Shown piece after piece: positions 46,487 to 55,600 of a stretch of DNA of 64,000 nucleotides (positions within the stretch are counted from its first letter, which is position 1; every line of letters starts with the position of its first letter). The notes beneath the pieces were generated by a model that made no database searches, was not told the origin of the DNA, and saw nothing but the letters and a program-made list of their open reading frames with translations. Made by a program: the position numbers and the translations under genes. The DNA lies in NCBI GenBank assembly GCA_019637855.1, contig JAHBUX010000003.1, forward strand, positions 133,431 to 197,430. Direction: 5' to 3'. The stretch is from Bdellovibrionales bacterium (GTDB taxonomy: Bacteria; Bdellovibrionota; Bdellovibrionia; Bdellovibrionales; UBA1609).

Positions 46487-48979
46487 ATGAACAAGCTAAC
46501 GTTTATGGCCGTGGCCTCCCTCAGCATCGTGCTGGCGGGTTGTCAGAAGGCGAAAATGACCAGTGCTCCGGCAAGTTCGCCGGCTCAGTACACTCCGGGT
46601 CCCGTGGGTCCGGGTGGTCCGTCGCTGCCCCCTCCGATGCCGCCGCGTTATCCGGAGCATGAGCCCATCGACGTACCGCCACCACCGCCGCCGCAGCCGC
46701 CCGTGGTGATTCCTCCTCCGCCGCCTCCGGTTGTGATTCCGCCACGTCCGACCGATCGTGAACCGATCGATCCGATTCGTCCGTCGCCGCCGATTCCGCA
46801 GAATCCGCCGCCGACCGTATATCCGCCACAGCCTCCGACGATGACTCCGATTGACCGTCAGACGCCGGTGGTTCCGCCACCCCCGCCGGTGCGCCCGCCC
46901 GTGGTGAATCCTCCGGTTGTGAATCCTCCAGTCGTGAATCCGCCGCCGGTACAACCTCCGCCGGTTGTGAATCCGCGACCCACAGTTATAAACCCTCCGC
47001 CGCTGCCGACAACGCCAATGGCGACGCAAATTCCTGAGCCGCCGCGCCGGCCATTGATCAACAATCCTCCGGTTCCGGTTCCCAAACCCGTGAGAGAGAC
47101 CGAACTGCCGTCAAATCCGCCGCTGCCCGTGCCCAAGCCGGCCGAGCTGCTGAAGCCGACGCCGATCACGCCGACGCCTGTGTCAACTCCGATCGCCAAA
47201 CCCGTGCCCGTGCAACCGCCGCCGCCTGTTTATGACCCGATCGACGGCCAGTGCGAAGTGGAGCCAGTGACGATTCCGCCCAAGCAAGAGAAAACCAAAC
47301 TGGATATTCTCTTCGTGGTCGACACTTCAGGCTCCATCCGTAAGGGTCCGAACAACAATCGTTCCGAAGGTGGAGAGCTCGCCAAAATGGCCGAGCAGAT
47401 GGATAGCTTCGTGAACAATCTTAAGTCCGGCACGGATACCAACATCGGTGTGATGTTGGCGCACGGACCCAAGTCGCCCTACTTCGGCAAGCTATTTAGC
47501 GCTGGCGAAGTGGCTGTGATTAAGAGCGAGAGCTATAAAAAAGATCGCGCCGGTATGTGGAAACTCCTGCGCAATAAAATGACCAAAGTGCCGGATGACA
47601 AATGGAATCCCCACCAAGGTGAGGCTCCGTTGATGGGCATTTTCGCGGCGATTGCGAGCAATCAACGTCGTAACGCGATTATCGAAGCCGGTCTGTTCCG
47701 CAAGGACGCTAACCTGGCCATCATCATCGTGACCGATGAGAACGACGTGTGCTGGCAGTATCCGAAACCTTTGTCAGATTTCGTGGCGGATGACCAAGCG
47801 GCGTTCCTCGCCGGCAATGCGCCCGTGCTCAAGAAGTATGTGGTGAGCAAAGCGAAGTCGACGATCTCGCCCGATCGCTTAGAAATGCAAGCGCAGAAGC
47901 TGTGCTCTATCAAAGGCACCGACGGCAAAGAGCGCGTGATTGACTACAAAGTCGTGGCTGAAAAGATCCGAGCGCTGACTACACCTGATGCCAAAGGCCA
48001 AGCCTTGATCGAAGGCAAGGTCATGGTGAACGGTATCGTTTATCTGAAGAACGACGGTTTGAAGTCGCTCCCGGGTAACGAAGACGAGAACGAGATGGCT
48101 CACGGTGTGCTGGAGCTGATCCACGAAGTCGGTGGCAAAGCCGCCGATATGGCTGAAGTGCGCCAAGGTGGCGAATCGAATTTCGCCAGCGCCCTCGATC
48201 TGCTTGGCAAGACGACCAGCTTCCAAGCCAAACACAATGTGAATTTCGTGTGCCGCTCGGGTCTGAACGATGGCAAAGGCTTTCACGCTAAAGCCATCGA
48301 TATGGAGACCGTGGACCTGCAGATCATTGAATCGAACCGTAGCGAGTTGGATAGCTTCAACAAAGAGCGTCCGAACTTAAGCGATTTCGGTACGAAGATC
48401 GCGACCTACTCGACTCGTTGCTCAGACAAAGGCGCTTGCAACACAGCCAACGGTGGCCTGCGCGTTGAATCCATCGCCGGTAACACCATTCGTGTCACTC
48501 CGGCCAATGCGACTGAGTACGAGAAGGTGATGAAAGAGCGTGGCATCGACACGGCCAAATACAAGATCACCTTTAAGACCAAGCGTGGCGTAAACCCGCA
48601 CACCGGTGTGGCCGCTGAGCAAGAAGGCAAAGTGAAGAGCGAAGCTCCGGGCCCGAAGGTGCCGGTTGAAACCAAGGCTTCGAAGGCAAACACGTCGTCG
48701 GCAAAAGCCGCGACGTCGGCCAAGACGCCTGTGAAAACCTCAGCAAAAACTGCGGCGCCTTCACCTAAAGCGACCTCGACCAAAGCACCTTCGACTGCCC
48801 CGAAAGCAACGTCGAACAAACCCCTCGATATCAAATCGAGCGCCGCTACGACCGGGTCCAAGACGTCCACCGTAACGAAAACCGCGGACGTATCGGCGGT
48901 CGCCAAGAAGGTGACCACCAGCCCGGCGGCTAAACCCACGGCCAAGAAAATCACCCAAGGCCCCCTACCGAAACTCTAA
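46487..48979 (+). CDS. Large lipoprotein: ~215-aa proline-rich spacer + von Willebrand factor A domain + K/A/S/T-rich C-terminal tail
   Basis: ATG 46487 (GAGG SD) gives MNKLTFMAVASLSIVLAGC (lipobox LAGC). Residues ~36-250 are P-rich (PPPPPPQPPVVIPPPPPPVVIPP..., PVVNP x3). The vWA MIDAS motif LDILFVVDTSGSIR lies at nt ~47300-47335. The last ~125 aa are AKxS/T-type low complexity. The upstream part of the 919-aa ORF (46220-46486) has no signal peptide and overlaps the divergent gene. Confidence 0.8.
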   Translation: MNKLTFMAVASLSIVLAGCQKAKMTSAPASSPAQYTPGPVGPGGPSLPPPMPPRYPEHEPIDVPPPPPPQPPVVIPPPPPPVVIPPRPTDREPIDPIRPSPPIPQNPPPTVYPPQPPTMTPIDRQTPVVPPPPPVRPPVVNPPVVNPPVVNPPPVQPPPVVNPRPTVINPPPLPTTPMATQIPEPPRRPLINNPPVPVPKPVRETELPSNPPLPVPKPAELLKPTPITPTPVSTPIAKPVPVQPPPPVYDPIDGQCEVEPVTIPPKQEKTKLDILFVVDTSGSIRKGPNNNRSEGGELAKMAEQMDSFVNNLKSGTDTNIGVMLAHGPKSPYFGKLFSAGEVAVIKSESYKKDRAGMWKLLRNKMTKVPDDKWNPHQGEAPLMGIFAAIASNQRRNAIIEAGLFRKDANLAIIIVTDENDVCWQYPKPLSDFVADDQAAFLAGNAPVLKKYVVSKAKSTISPDRLEMQAQKLCSIKGTDGKERVIDYKVVAEKIRALTTPDAKGQALIEGKVMVNGIVYLKNDGLKSLPGNEDENEMAHGVLELIHEVGGKAADMAEVRQGGESNFASALDLLGKTTSFQAKHNVNFVCRSGLNDGKGFHAKAIDMETVDLQIIESNRSELDSFNKERPNLSDFGTKIATYSTRCSDKGACNTANGGLRVESIAGNTIRVTPANATEYEKVMKERGIDTAKYKITFKTKRGVNPHTGVAAEQEGKVKSEAPGPKVPVETKASKANTSSAKAATSAKTPVKTSAKTAAPSPKATSTKAPSTAPKATSNKPLDIKSSAATTGSKTSTVTKTADVSAVAKKVTTSPAAKPTAKKITQGPLPKL
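46898..46942 (+). repeat. Three tandem 15-nt coding repeats (PVVNP)3 inside the proline-rich spacer
   Basis: cccgtggtgaatcct / ccggttgtgaatcct / ccagtcgtgaatccg, in frame, with a fourth degenerate copy (ccgccggttgtgaatccg) about 20 nt downstream. Confidence 0.75.
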
Positions 48980-49032
48980 AAGATGGCCTTTGTCCGTCCG
49001 GGGACCGCGTAGGTTTCCGGAAATGTTAGGCC

Positions 49033-50409
49033 CTACCTTTTAACTTTGAATTCGACGCGGCGGTTGAGTTGGCGGCCTTGGAAGTTGCCGTTGTCGGCGA
49101 TGGGGCGGGAAGCTCCGTAGCCGATGCCGCGTACGCGAGCCGCGGGCAGCCCGAGCTCAACCATGGCTCGACGGACGCTGTCGGCGCGACGTTGGCTCAA
49201 ATCCAAATTGTAGATAACGCTACCGACGGAGTCGGTGTGCCCCTCAATCACCAGAGACTTAAAACCCGGCGGGCGACGCAAGTAATCCACCAAGCGCTTC
49301 AGGCTAACGATCGCCTTTGGATTCAAAGTGTCTTTGTTAAACTCAAACAACACGTCGCGAGCGATAAAGGCTTCGGCCATCTCGGGCTGACCGGCGAAGG
49401 GATCGGCGCTGGAAAGGTCTTCGAGCGAACGCAGCGGCTGATCTTTCACCCGCACAAACACTTCATTGGGCCTTGAAAACAGTGGGCCGATCACCCAGTT
49501 GATACCCGTATAGACACGCCAATCCGGAGACGATGTTCCGTGAATCACTTCGGTGCCCGCACCGGCATGGAAAGCCAGAGAGCGATTGATGTCATGTTTC
49601 ATACCGAGCAGAAACTCGGCGGTTTGATCGTCGCGATCCGAGACAAACTCACGCGATTTGGCCGGCCAGCTGGCAAAGATCTCGGCAATCACTTTAGTGT
49701 CCCAAGAAGGAATCAAATAGCTGGCGGCGGTCGAAGCGATGTACTGATTGCCAAAGGGCTGAATGGGAATTCCCGGCAGCTTCTCGCCCGGATCACGCAA
49801 GCGAATGCCGGCGTTGAGACCAACCGCAAACTTGCCGAAACTTTTGTCTCCCACCAACTCAAAGTTGAAGGTAGGCCCGGCTCCCGTGCCCAAGAAGGGG
49901 TTGTCACCGATCTGGTTGATGTTGACCGAGAGCACAGCGCCAAAACCTTTATCGGCATCTCCCCAAAAACGCGCTTTGGTCATCGCGCGCAACTCCGTCA
50001 ACCCGGTTTGCGAATAATAGCCGCGGAAAGTGTCCACATCGCTATCGACCTTCTGGCTCAAAACGGCCGGAAAACTCAGTCCCGCCTCCCAACCCCGGCG
50101 AATACCAAACGCGAAGTTCAAATCCGACGAGATGAGTGAATCACGAAAGTTCGTGCGCTTCTGTGTGCCAGCGTCTTCGTAGTTGGGCAAACTGTTGACC
50201 GCGTAGTTCAGAAAGAAACCCATGTTGAGCAGACCCGGAGTCAGCGTCTCTGAGGAGTGAACCGTCACAAAGTCCAGGCCGTCATTGGTCGGATTAAAAT
50301 TCTGTGTGTCCGCACCGACCACGTTGGCGAAGGCCGAAAACGGTAGAACAAGGCCACTGAAAGCCAATATAAGTACAGGAAACAAGCGCTGAATTTTCAT
50401 GATGATCAT
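49033..50409 (-). CDS. OmpA-family outer-membrane protein (N-terminal beta-barrel + C-terminal OmpA peptidoglycan-binding domain)
   Basis: 458 aa. Signal peptide ...LPFSAFANV. The C-terminal OmpA domain has HTDSVGS..YNLDLSQRRADSV...GYGASRPIADN...GRQLNRRVEF. An alternative ATG lies at 50400. Confidence 0.85.
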   Translation of the reverse strand: MIIMKIQRLFPVLILAFSGLVLPFSAFANVVGADTQNFNPTNDGLDFVTVHSSETLTPGLLNMGFFLNYAVNSLPNYEDAGTQKRTNFRDSLISSDLNFAFGIRRGWEAGLSFPAVLSQKVDSDVDTFRGYYSQTGLTELRAMTKARFWGDADKGFGAVLSVNINQIGDNPFLGTGAGPTFNFELVGDKSFGKFAVGLNAGIRLRDPGEKLPGIPIQPFGNQYIASTAASYLIPSWDTKVIAEIFASWPAKSREFVSDRDDQTAEFLLGMKHDINRSLAFHAGAGTEVIHGTSSPDWRVYTGINWVIGPLFSRPNEVFVRVKDQPLRSLEDLSSADPFAGQPEMAEAFIARDVLFEFNKDTLNPKAIVSLKRLVDYLRRPPGFKSLVIEGHTDSVGSVIYNLDLSQRRADSVRRAMVELGLPAARVRGIGYGASRPIADNGNFQGRQLNRRVEFKVKR

Positions 50410-50589
50410 CTTGTTTAAGGATCGCGAGAACCCAAGTCTGGGTCAAGCGGGTTTGTGAATGCGCAATGAATTCACTTTCACTACAATGGACGAAGCTGGA
50501 AATTTGAACGAGGATCTTCGGATGGCTAAATTTATTGTTGTGATGGCAGTCGTGCTCCCGTTGTTGGTGGCCGCAGCTTTCATTCGCAC

Positions 50590-52626
50590 CTAGTGCGACA
50601 CGTGTTCCAAAAGGCTGTCGATCAGTTGGCGACGACTGATTGGCTTGGTCAGATGACCTGAGCAGCCGGTTTGCATGCAGCGCTCGCGCTCTTCGTTAAG
50701 AGCGTGAGCAGTCAACGCAATGATGGGTTTGTCATAGCCTTTCTGGCGCAACTCAGTCGTCGCCTGATAGCCATCGACTAGCGGCATTTGAATCTCCATC
50801 AACACCACTTCGTAATCATTGGCCAAGGCTTTGCTGATCCCCTCGCGCCCATTGCTGGCGGTGTCGAGAATCGCTCCCGTGCGGCTAAGAAACTGCTTAA
50901 TTAAAAACTGATTGTCTTCGGCATCCTCAACCAAAAGGATGCGCTTGCCCTTGAGCGATTCGGCGCGATTGGGGTCGGTGACCTGCTGCGGTGTCGGCTG
51001 TTCGGGTTGCGAATGCTCGATCCATTCGGTGTGAGGTGGAACTTCCACCGCGATCGTGACTTCAAAGGTGCTGCCCTGACCGGGCGAACTGTTGAGCAAG
51101 CGCACGTCGCCGCCAAGGGCACGCGCCAGCTTGCGCGCCAAAGCCAAACCTAAACCCGTACCTCCGAAAAGGCGCGTCGTCGAGGTGTCCGCTTGCGAGA
51201 ACGGCTGAAAAATGCGCTCGGCCGCGATGCGATCGATGCCCACACCGCTGTCTTGAATCAAAAAATGCAGGTGTGAAACTTCGTCCACTCGCGAACTGAA
51301 GGAGGTGATCAATGCCACTCGCCCCTCGCGCGTGAATTTGATGGCGTTGCCGATCAAGTTCAAAAGAATCTGACGCACGCGCGTGGAGTCTGTTTTCACC
51401 AAAGTCGGTACGCGGGAGCCGATCTCAAAGGCCAACGTCACGTTCTTTTTCGCCGCCTGCACGTTCATCAAAGTTTTAACTTCGTTGAGCATATCGAAAA
51501 GCGGCAATTCCACCTCTTCCAATTCAAGGCCGCCCGCTTCCACTTTGGAAATATCAAGGATCTCATCCACGATCTTCATCAACGCATGGCCATTGCGACG
51601 GACAATGGAAACGCTTTTGTTTTTTTCCTCATCACTGATGTGCGGATCGAGCAAGAGTTCGGTAAAACCCATAATGGCGTTAAGGGGGGTGCGAATCTCA
51701 TGGCTCATATTGGCCAGAAATTGTGTTTTGGCGTGATTCGCCGACTCCGCCTTTTGCTGCGCCTCTTTCAACTCATCTTCGAATGTCTTGCGATCATGGA
51801 TATCTGTACAGGTGCCAAGCCAGGCCATCACTTCGCCGCGATCATTTAACTCCGGCTCGGCTTTCACCCAATGCCAGCGGAAAACGCCATCATAACGACG
51901 AATCTTACACTCAGTTTCATAACGCGTGCGTTTGCGCATGGCCCGATACCAGACACTCAAAACACTTTGCAATTGGTCGGGACAAATCGCCGATTGCCAG
52001 CCCATGCCCAAACTCTCAGAAAGACTTAAGCCGGTATACTCAGTCCACAGGTGGTTGTGATATTCCAAATCGCCATCGGGTAGCGCGCGCAAAACGATAT
52101 GGGGGATGGCATCGGCAAGATTGCGGTAGCGCCGCAGATTCTCCATCTCGACGGACTGAATCTGAGCTTTGCGTTCCATGGCCTCGCGCTCGGCCAAAAG
52201 ACGCGATTGCAGCTGTAAACGCCGATTTTTCAAATGCAATTCAGCGAAGACCGCGACTTTCTTCGATAGAATCACCGGATCAAAAGGCTTAAAAACATAG
52301 TCTACAGCACCTGCTTCAAAGCCGCGATAGACGTAACGTTCGTCTTTGTTAATGGCCGTAACGAAGACGATCGGCACTTGTGCGTAGTTCGGTTGACGAC
52401 GAATCAGCTCCGCAGTTTCAAAACCGTCGAGCTCAGGCATCTGAACGTCGAGCAAAATCAGCCCAAAATCATATTTATCCAAAAGCGAAAGTGCGGCGCG
52501 CCCCGAAGTGGCCTTGACCAAGCGGTAGCCCGGATTTTCTCCAAGTACAGCTTCAAGGGCGATCAGCCCGTCCTCCCGATCATCGACCAGGAGGATATCC
52601 ACTTTCTCGTCAATTTGCGCGGGCAT
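50590..52626 (-). CDS. Soluble hybrid sensor histidine kinase (REC - PAS - HisKA - HATPase_c - REC)
   Basis: 678 aa. N-terminal REC ([10 protein letters not shown]...[11 protein letters not shown]), PAS-like region, H-box [16 protein letters not shown] boxes ([22 protein letters not shown]) and C-terminal REC ([10 protein letters not shown]...[10 protein letters not shown]). No TM segment. The start overlaps the upstream kinase by 17 nt. Confidence 0.92.
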   Translation of the reverse strand: MPAQIDEKVDILLVDDREDGLIALEAVLGENPGYRLVKATSGRAALSLLDKYDFGLILLDVQMPELDGFETAELIRRQPNYAQVPIVFVTAINKDERYVYRGFEAGAVDYVFKPFDPVILSKKVAVFAELHLKNRRLQLQSRLLAEREAMERKAQIQSVEMENLRRYRNLADAIPHIVLRALPDGDLEYHNHLWTEYTGLSLSESLGMGWQSAICPDQLQSVLSVWYRAMRKRTRYETECKIRRYDGVFRWHWVKAEPELNDRGEVMAWLGTCTDIHDRKTFEDELKEAQQKAESANHAKTQFLANMSHEIRTPLNAIMGFTELLLDPHISDEEKNKSVSIVRRNGHALMKIVDEILDISKVEAGGLELEEVELPLFDMLNEVKTLMNVQAAKKNVTLAFEIGSRVPTLVKTDSTRVRQILLNLIGNAIKFTREGRVALITSFSSRVDEVSHLHFLIQDSGVGIDRIAAERIFQPFSQADTSTTRLFGGTGLGLALARKLARALGGDVRLLNSSPGQGSTFEVTIAVEVPPHTEWIEHSQPEQPTPQQVTDPNRAESLKGKRILLVEDAEDNQFLIKQFLSRTGAILDTASNGREGISKALANDYEVVLMEIQMPLVDGYQATTELRQKGYDKPIIALTAHALNEERERCMQTGCSGHLTKPISRRQLIDSLLEHVSH

Positions 52627-55600
52627 CCGATCTCACCATCAACCAATCGTAAATCGTTGCAAGTAGCGTCTCTTCATCCACAGGCTTGGTGATGTAATCG
52701 GAAGCGCCGGCCTCTAAACATTTCTCGCGGTCACCCTTCATGGCTTTGGCGGTCAAAGAAACAATCGGTAGGTTATGATACACGGGATTCTCACGGATGC
52801 GACGAGTGGCTTCCAAACCATCCATCTCGGGCATCATGGTGTCCATAAGAACCAACTCCACATCGCTGTGCTTGTCCAGCAGGTCCAGCGCGTGCTTACC
52901 ATTTTCGGCATGCATGATGTTCATTCCGCGCGCCTTCAATATGGAGTTGAGCGCGAAAACGTTGCGCATATCATCGTCCACAATCAGAATCGTGCGACCG
53001 GTGAAGTCAATACCTTCCGGCATATGCAGCCGCGGGGTGATCGTCTCGGAGTCAAAGTCGCTGCTCGCCACCGTATCCGGTCCCGAATAACGCTGCGGCA
53101 AAAACAGACGGAAAGTCGAACCTTGGCCAGGCACGCTCTCCACCTGGATGTAGCCGCCGAGCAGACGCGCAATCTCGCGACTGATCGTTAACCCCAAACC
53201 GGTACCGCCGTATTTGCGGCTGGTCGTGCCATCGGCCTGTTGGAATGCTTCGAAGATAAGCTTTTGCTTTTCCATCGGGATGCCAATGCCCGTGTCGGTT
53301 ACCGAGAACACCATCATGCCATTGCCTTGTCCAGGCTGGGTCAAGCCGATCTCGAATTTGACCTGCCCCGAGTCGGTAAACTTAAAGGCGTTAGACAGCA
53401 AATTCTTAAGAATCTGCTGTAATCGACTCTCATCAGTGAACATCTTCGACGGCACTTTGGAGTCAGCCACGATCTTGAATTCCAAATTCTTGTGCTCGGC
53501 CACGGGGCGGAACGTTTGCTCCAGGTAACCTACTACGTCTTGGGTATGCACGTCTTTCGGGTCAACCGGCATTTTTCCGGCTTCCACTTTGGACAGATCC
53601 AAGATCTCGTTGATCAACGCCAACAGATCATTGCCAGCCGAGTGCACCGTTTTGGCGTACTTGACTTGTTCGGATGACAAGTTGCCATCTTTGTTCATGG
53701 CCAGCGTCTTCGACAGAATCAAGAGACTATTGAGCGGCGTGCGCAGCTCATGTGACATATTGGCCAAGAATTCCGACTTATATTTGGAGATAAGCGAAAG
53801 CTGCTCGGCTTTTTCTTCCAGAGAACGCGAGGCCAGCTCGACCTCCTGGTTTTTGACCTCCAGCAGACCGGCTTTGTCCTCAAGCTCGGTGGCTTGCGCT
53901 TCGAGTTCGGCGTTGGAGCGTTTCAGCTCCTGCAGCAGCTCCTCGGTACGCATCGAGCTTGAGATCATATTCAAGATAACACCCACTGAATCCATGAGCT
54001 GATCCAGGAAGTAGATGTAGTTTTCAGTGAACGGCTTGAGCGAGGCCAGTTCAATCACCGCCTTCAGCTCACCCTCGAACATCACAGGCAATACGATCAC
54101 ATTGCGCGGTGTGAGCTCAAGCAGCGAAGAGGAGATTTTCACATAGGTCTCATCCGGCTGAATGATCAAGATACGCTTTTTCTCAAACGCACACTGACCG
54201 ATCAGCCCCTCTTTGAGCTTGAAGCGGCTGGACACCGAACGGCGCTCGGTGAAGGCGTAGGTCGCGATCAAATTGAGCGATGCCTGATCAACATCGTCGT
54301 CACCCATATCGGCAAGATAAAATGTCCCCTGGCGCGCATCCACAAGCGGCGTCAGTTCAGACATAATCAACTGAGCCACGGCCGTGATCGAGCGCTGACC
54401 TTGCATCATCGAGGAGAAGCGCGCCAGGTTGGTCTTCAACCAATCTTGCTCGGTGTTCTTGGCCGTGGTGTCTTTCAGATTGGAGATCATCTGGTTGATA
54501 TTGTCTTTCAACGCCGCAACTTCGCCTTGAGCTTCCACTGTGATGGCTCGACTCAAATCGCCTTTAGTCACCGCGGTCGACACTTCCGCGATTGCGCGCA
54601 CCTGCGAGGTCAAGTTACCGGCCAGCTGGTTCACGTTGTCAGTCAAATCTTTCCATGTACCCGAAGCGCCTGGCACTTTGGCCTGGCCACCCAGCTTGCC
54701 CTCAATTCCCACCTCACGTGCCACCGAGGTCACCTGATCGGCAAAGGTCCGCAAAGTGTCGGTCATCGAGTTGATGGTTTCCGCCAGAGCGGCCACTTCA
54801 CCTTTGGCTTCGATAACGAACTTTTGGTTCAAATCCCCGTTCGCAACGGCCGTCACAACCTTAACGATACCACGCACCTGCTTGGTAAGGTTTGAGGCCA
54901 TGAAGTTCACGTTGTCGGTTAAGTCTTTCCATGTACCCAGAGCACCAGGCACCTTGGCCTGACCGCCCAGCTTGCCTTCAATTCCCACCTCACGTGCCAC
55001 TGTAGTCACCTGATCGGCAAAGGTCCGCAAAGTGTCGGTCATCGAGTTGATGGTTTCCGCCAGAGCGGCCACTTCACCTTTAGCTTCGATAACGAACTTT
55101 TGGTTCAAATCCCCGTTCGCAACGGCCGTCACAACCTTAACGATACCGCGCACCTGCTTGGTGAGGTTTGAGGCCATGAAGTTCACGTTGTCAGTTAAAT
55201 CTTTCCACACACCGCTCACACCGCGCACTTCGGCTTGTCCGCCTAGCTTGCCTTCCGTGCCCACCTCTTTCGCCACACGAGTCACCTCGGCAGCAAACGA
55301 GTTCAGCTGATCCACCATCGTATTGATCGTGTTCTTAAGCTCGAAGATCTCACCGCGTGCATCCACTGTGATCTTTTGCGACAAATCCCCGTTCGCCACC
55401 GCGGTTGTCACCTTCGCGATGTTACGAACTTGGTTGGTCAAGTTACCGGCAAGATGATTCACATTGTCGGTCAGGTCTTTCCAAGTGCCGCTCACACCGC
55501 GCACTTCGGCTTGTCCGCCTAGCTTTCCTTCCGTACCCACCTCTTTCGCCACACGAGTTACCTCTGCAGCAAACGAGTTCAGCTGATCCACCATCGTATT

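Noticed and set aside
46496-47199. Several 110-180-aa minus-strand ORFs, R/H/G-rich.
   Set aside because: They are antisense to the CCN-rich proline spacer of the lipoprotein gene, so the complementary GGN/CGN codons give stop-free frames.
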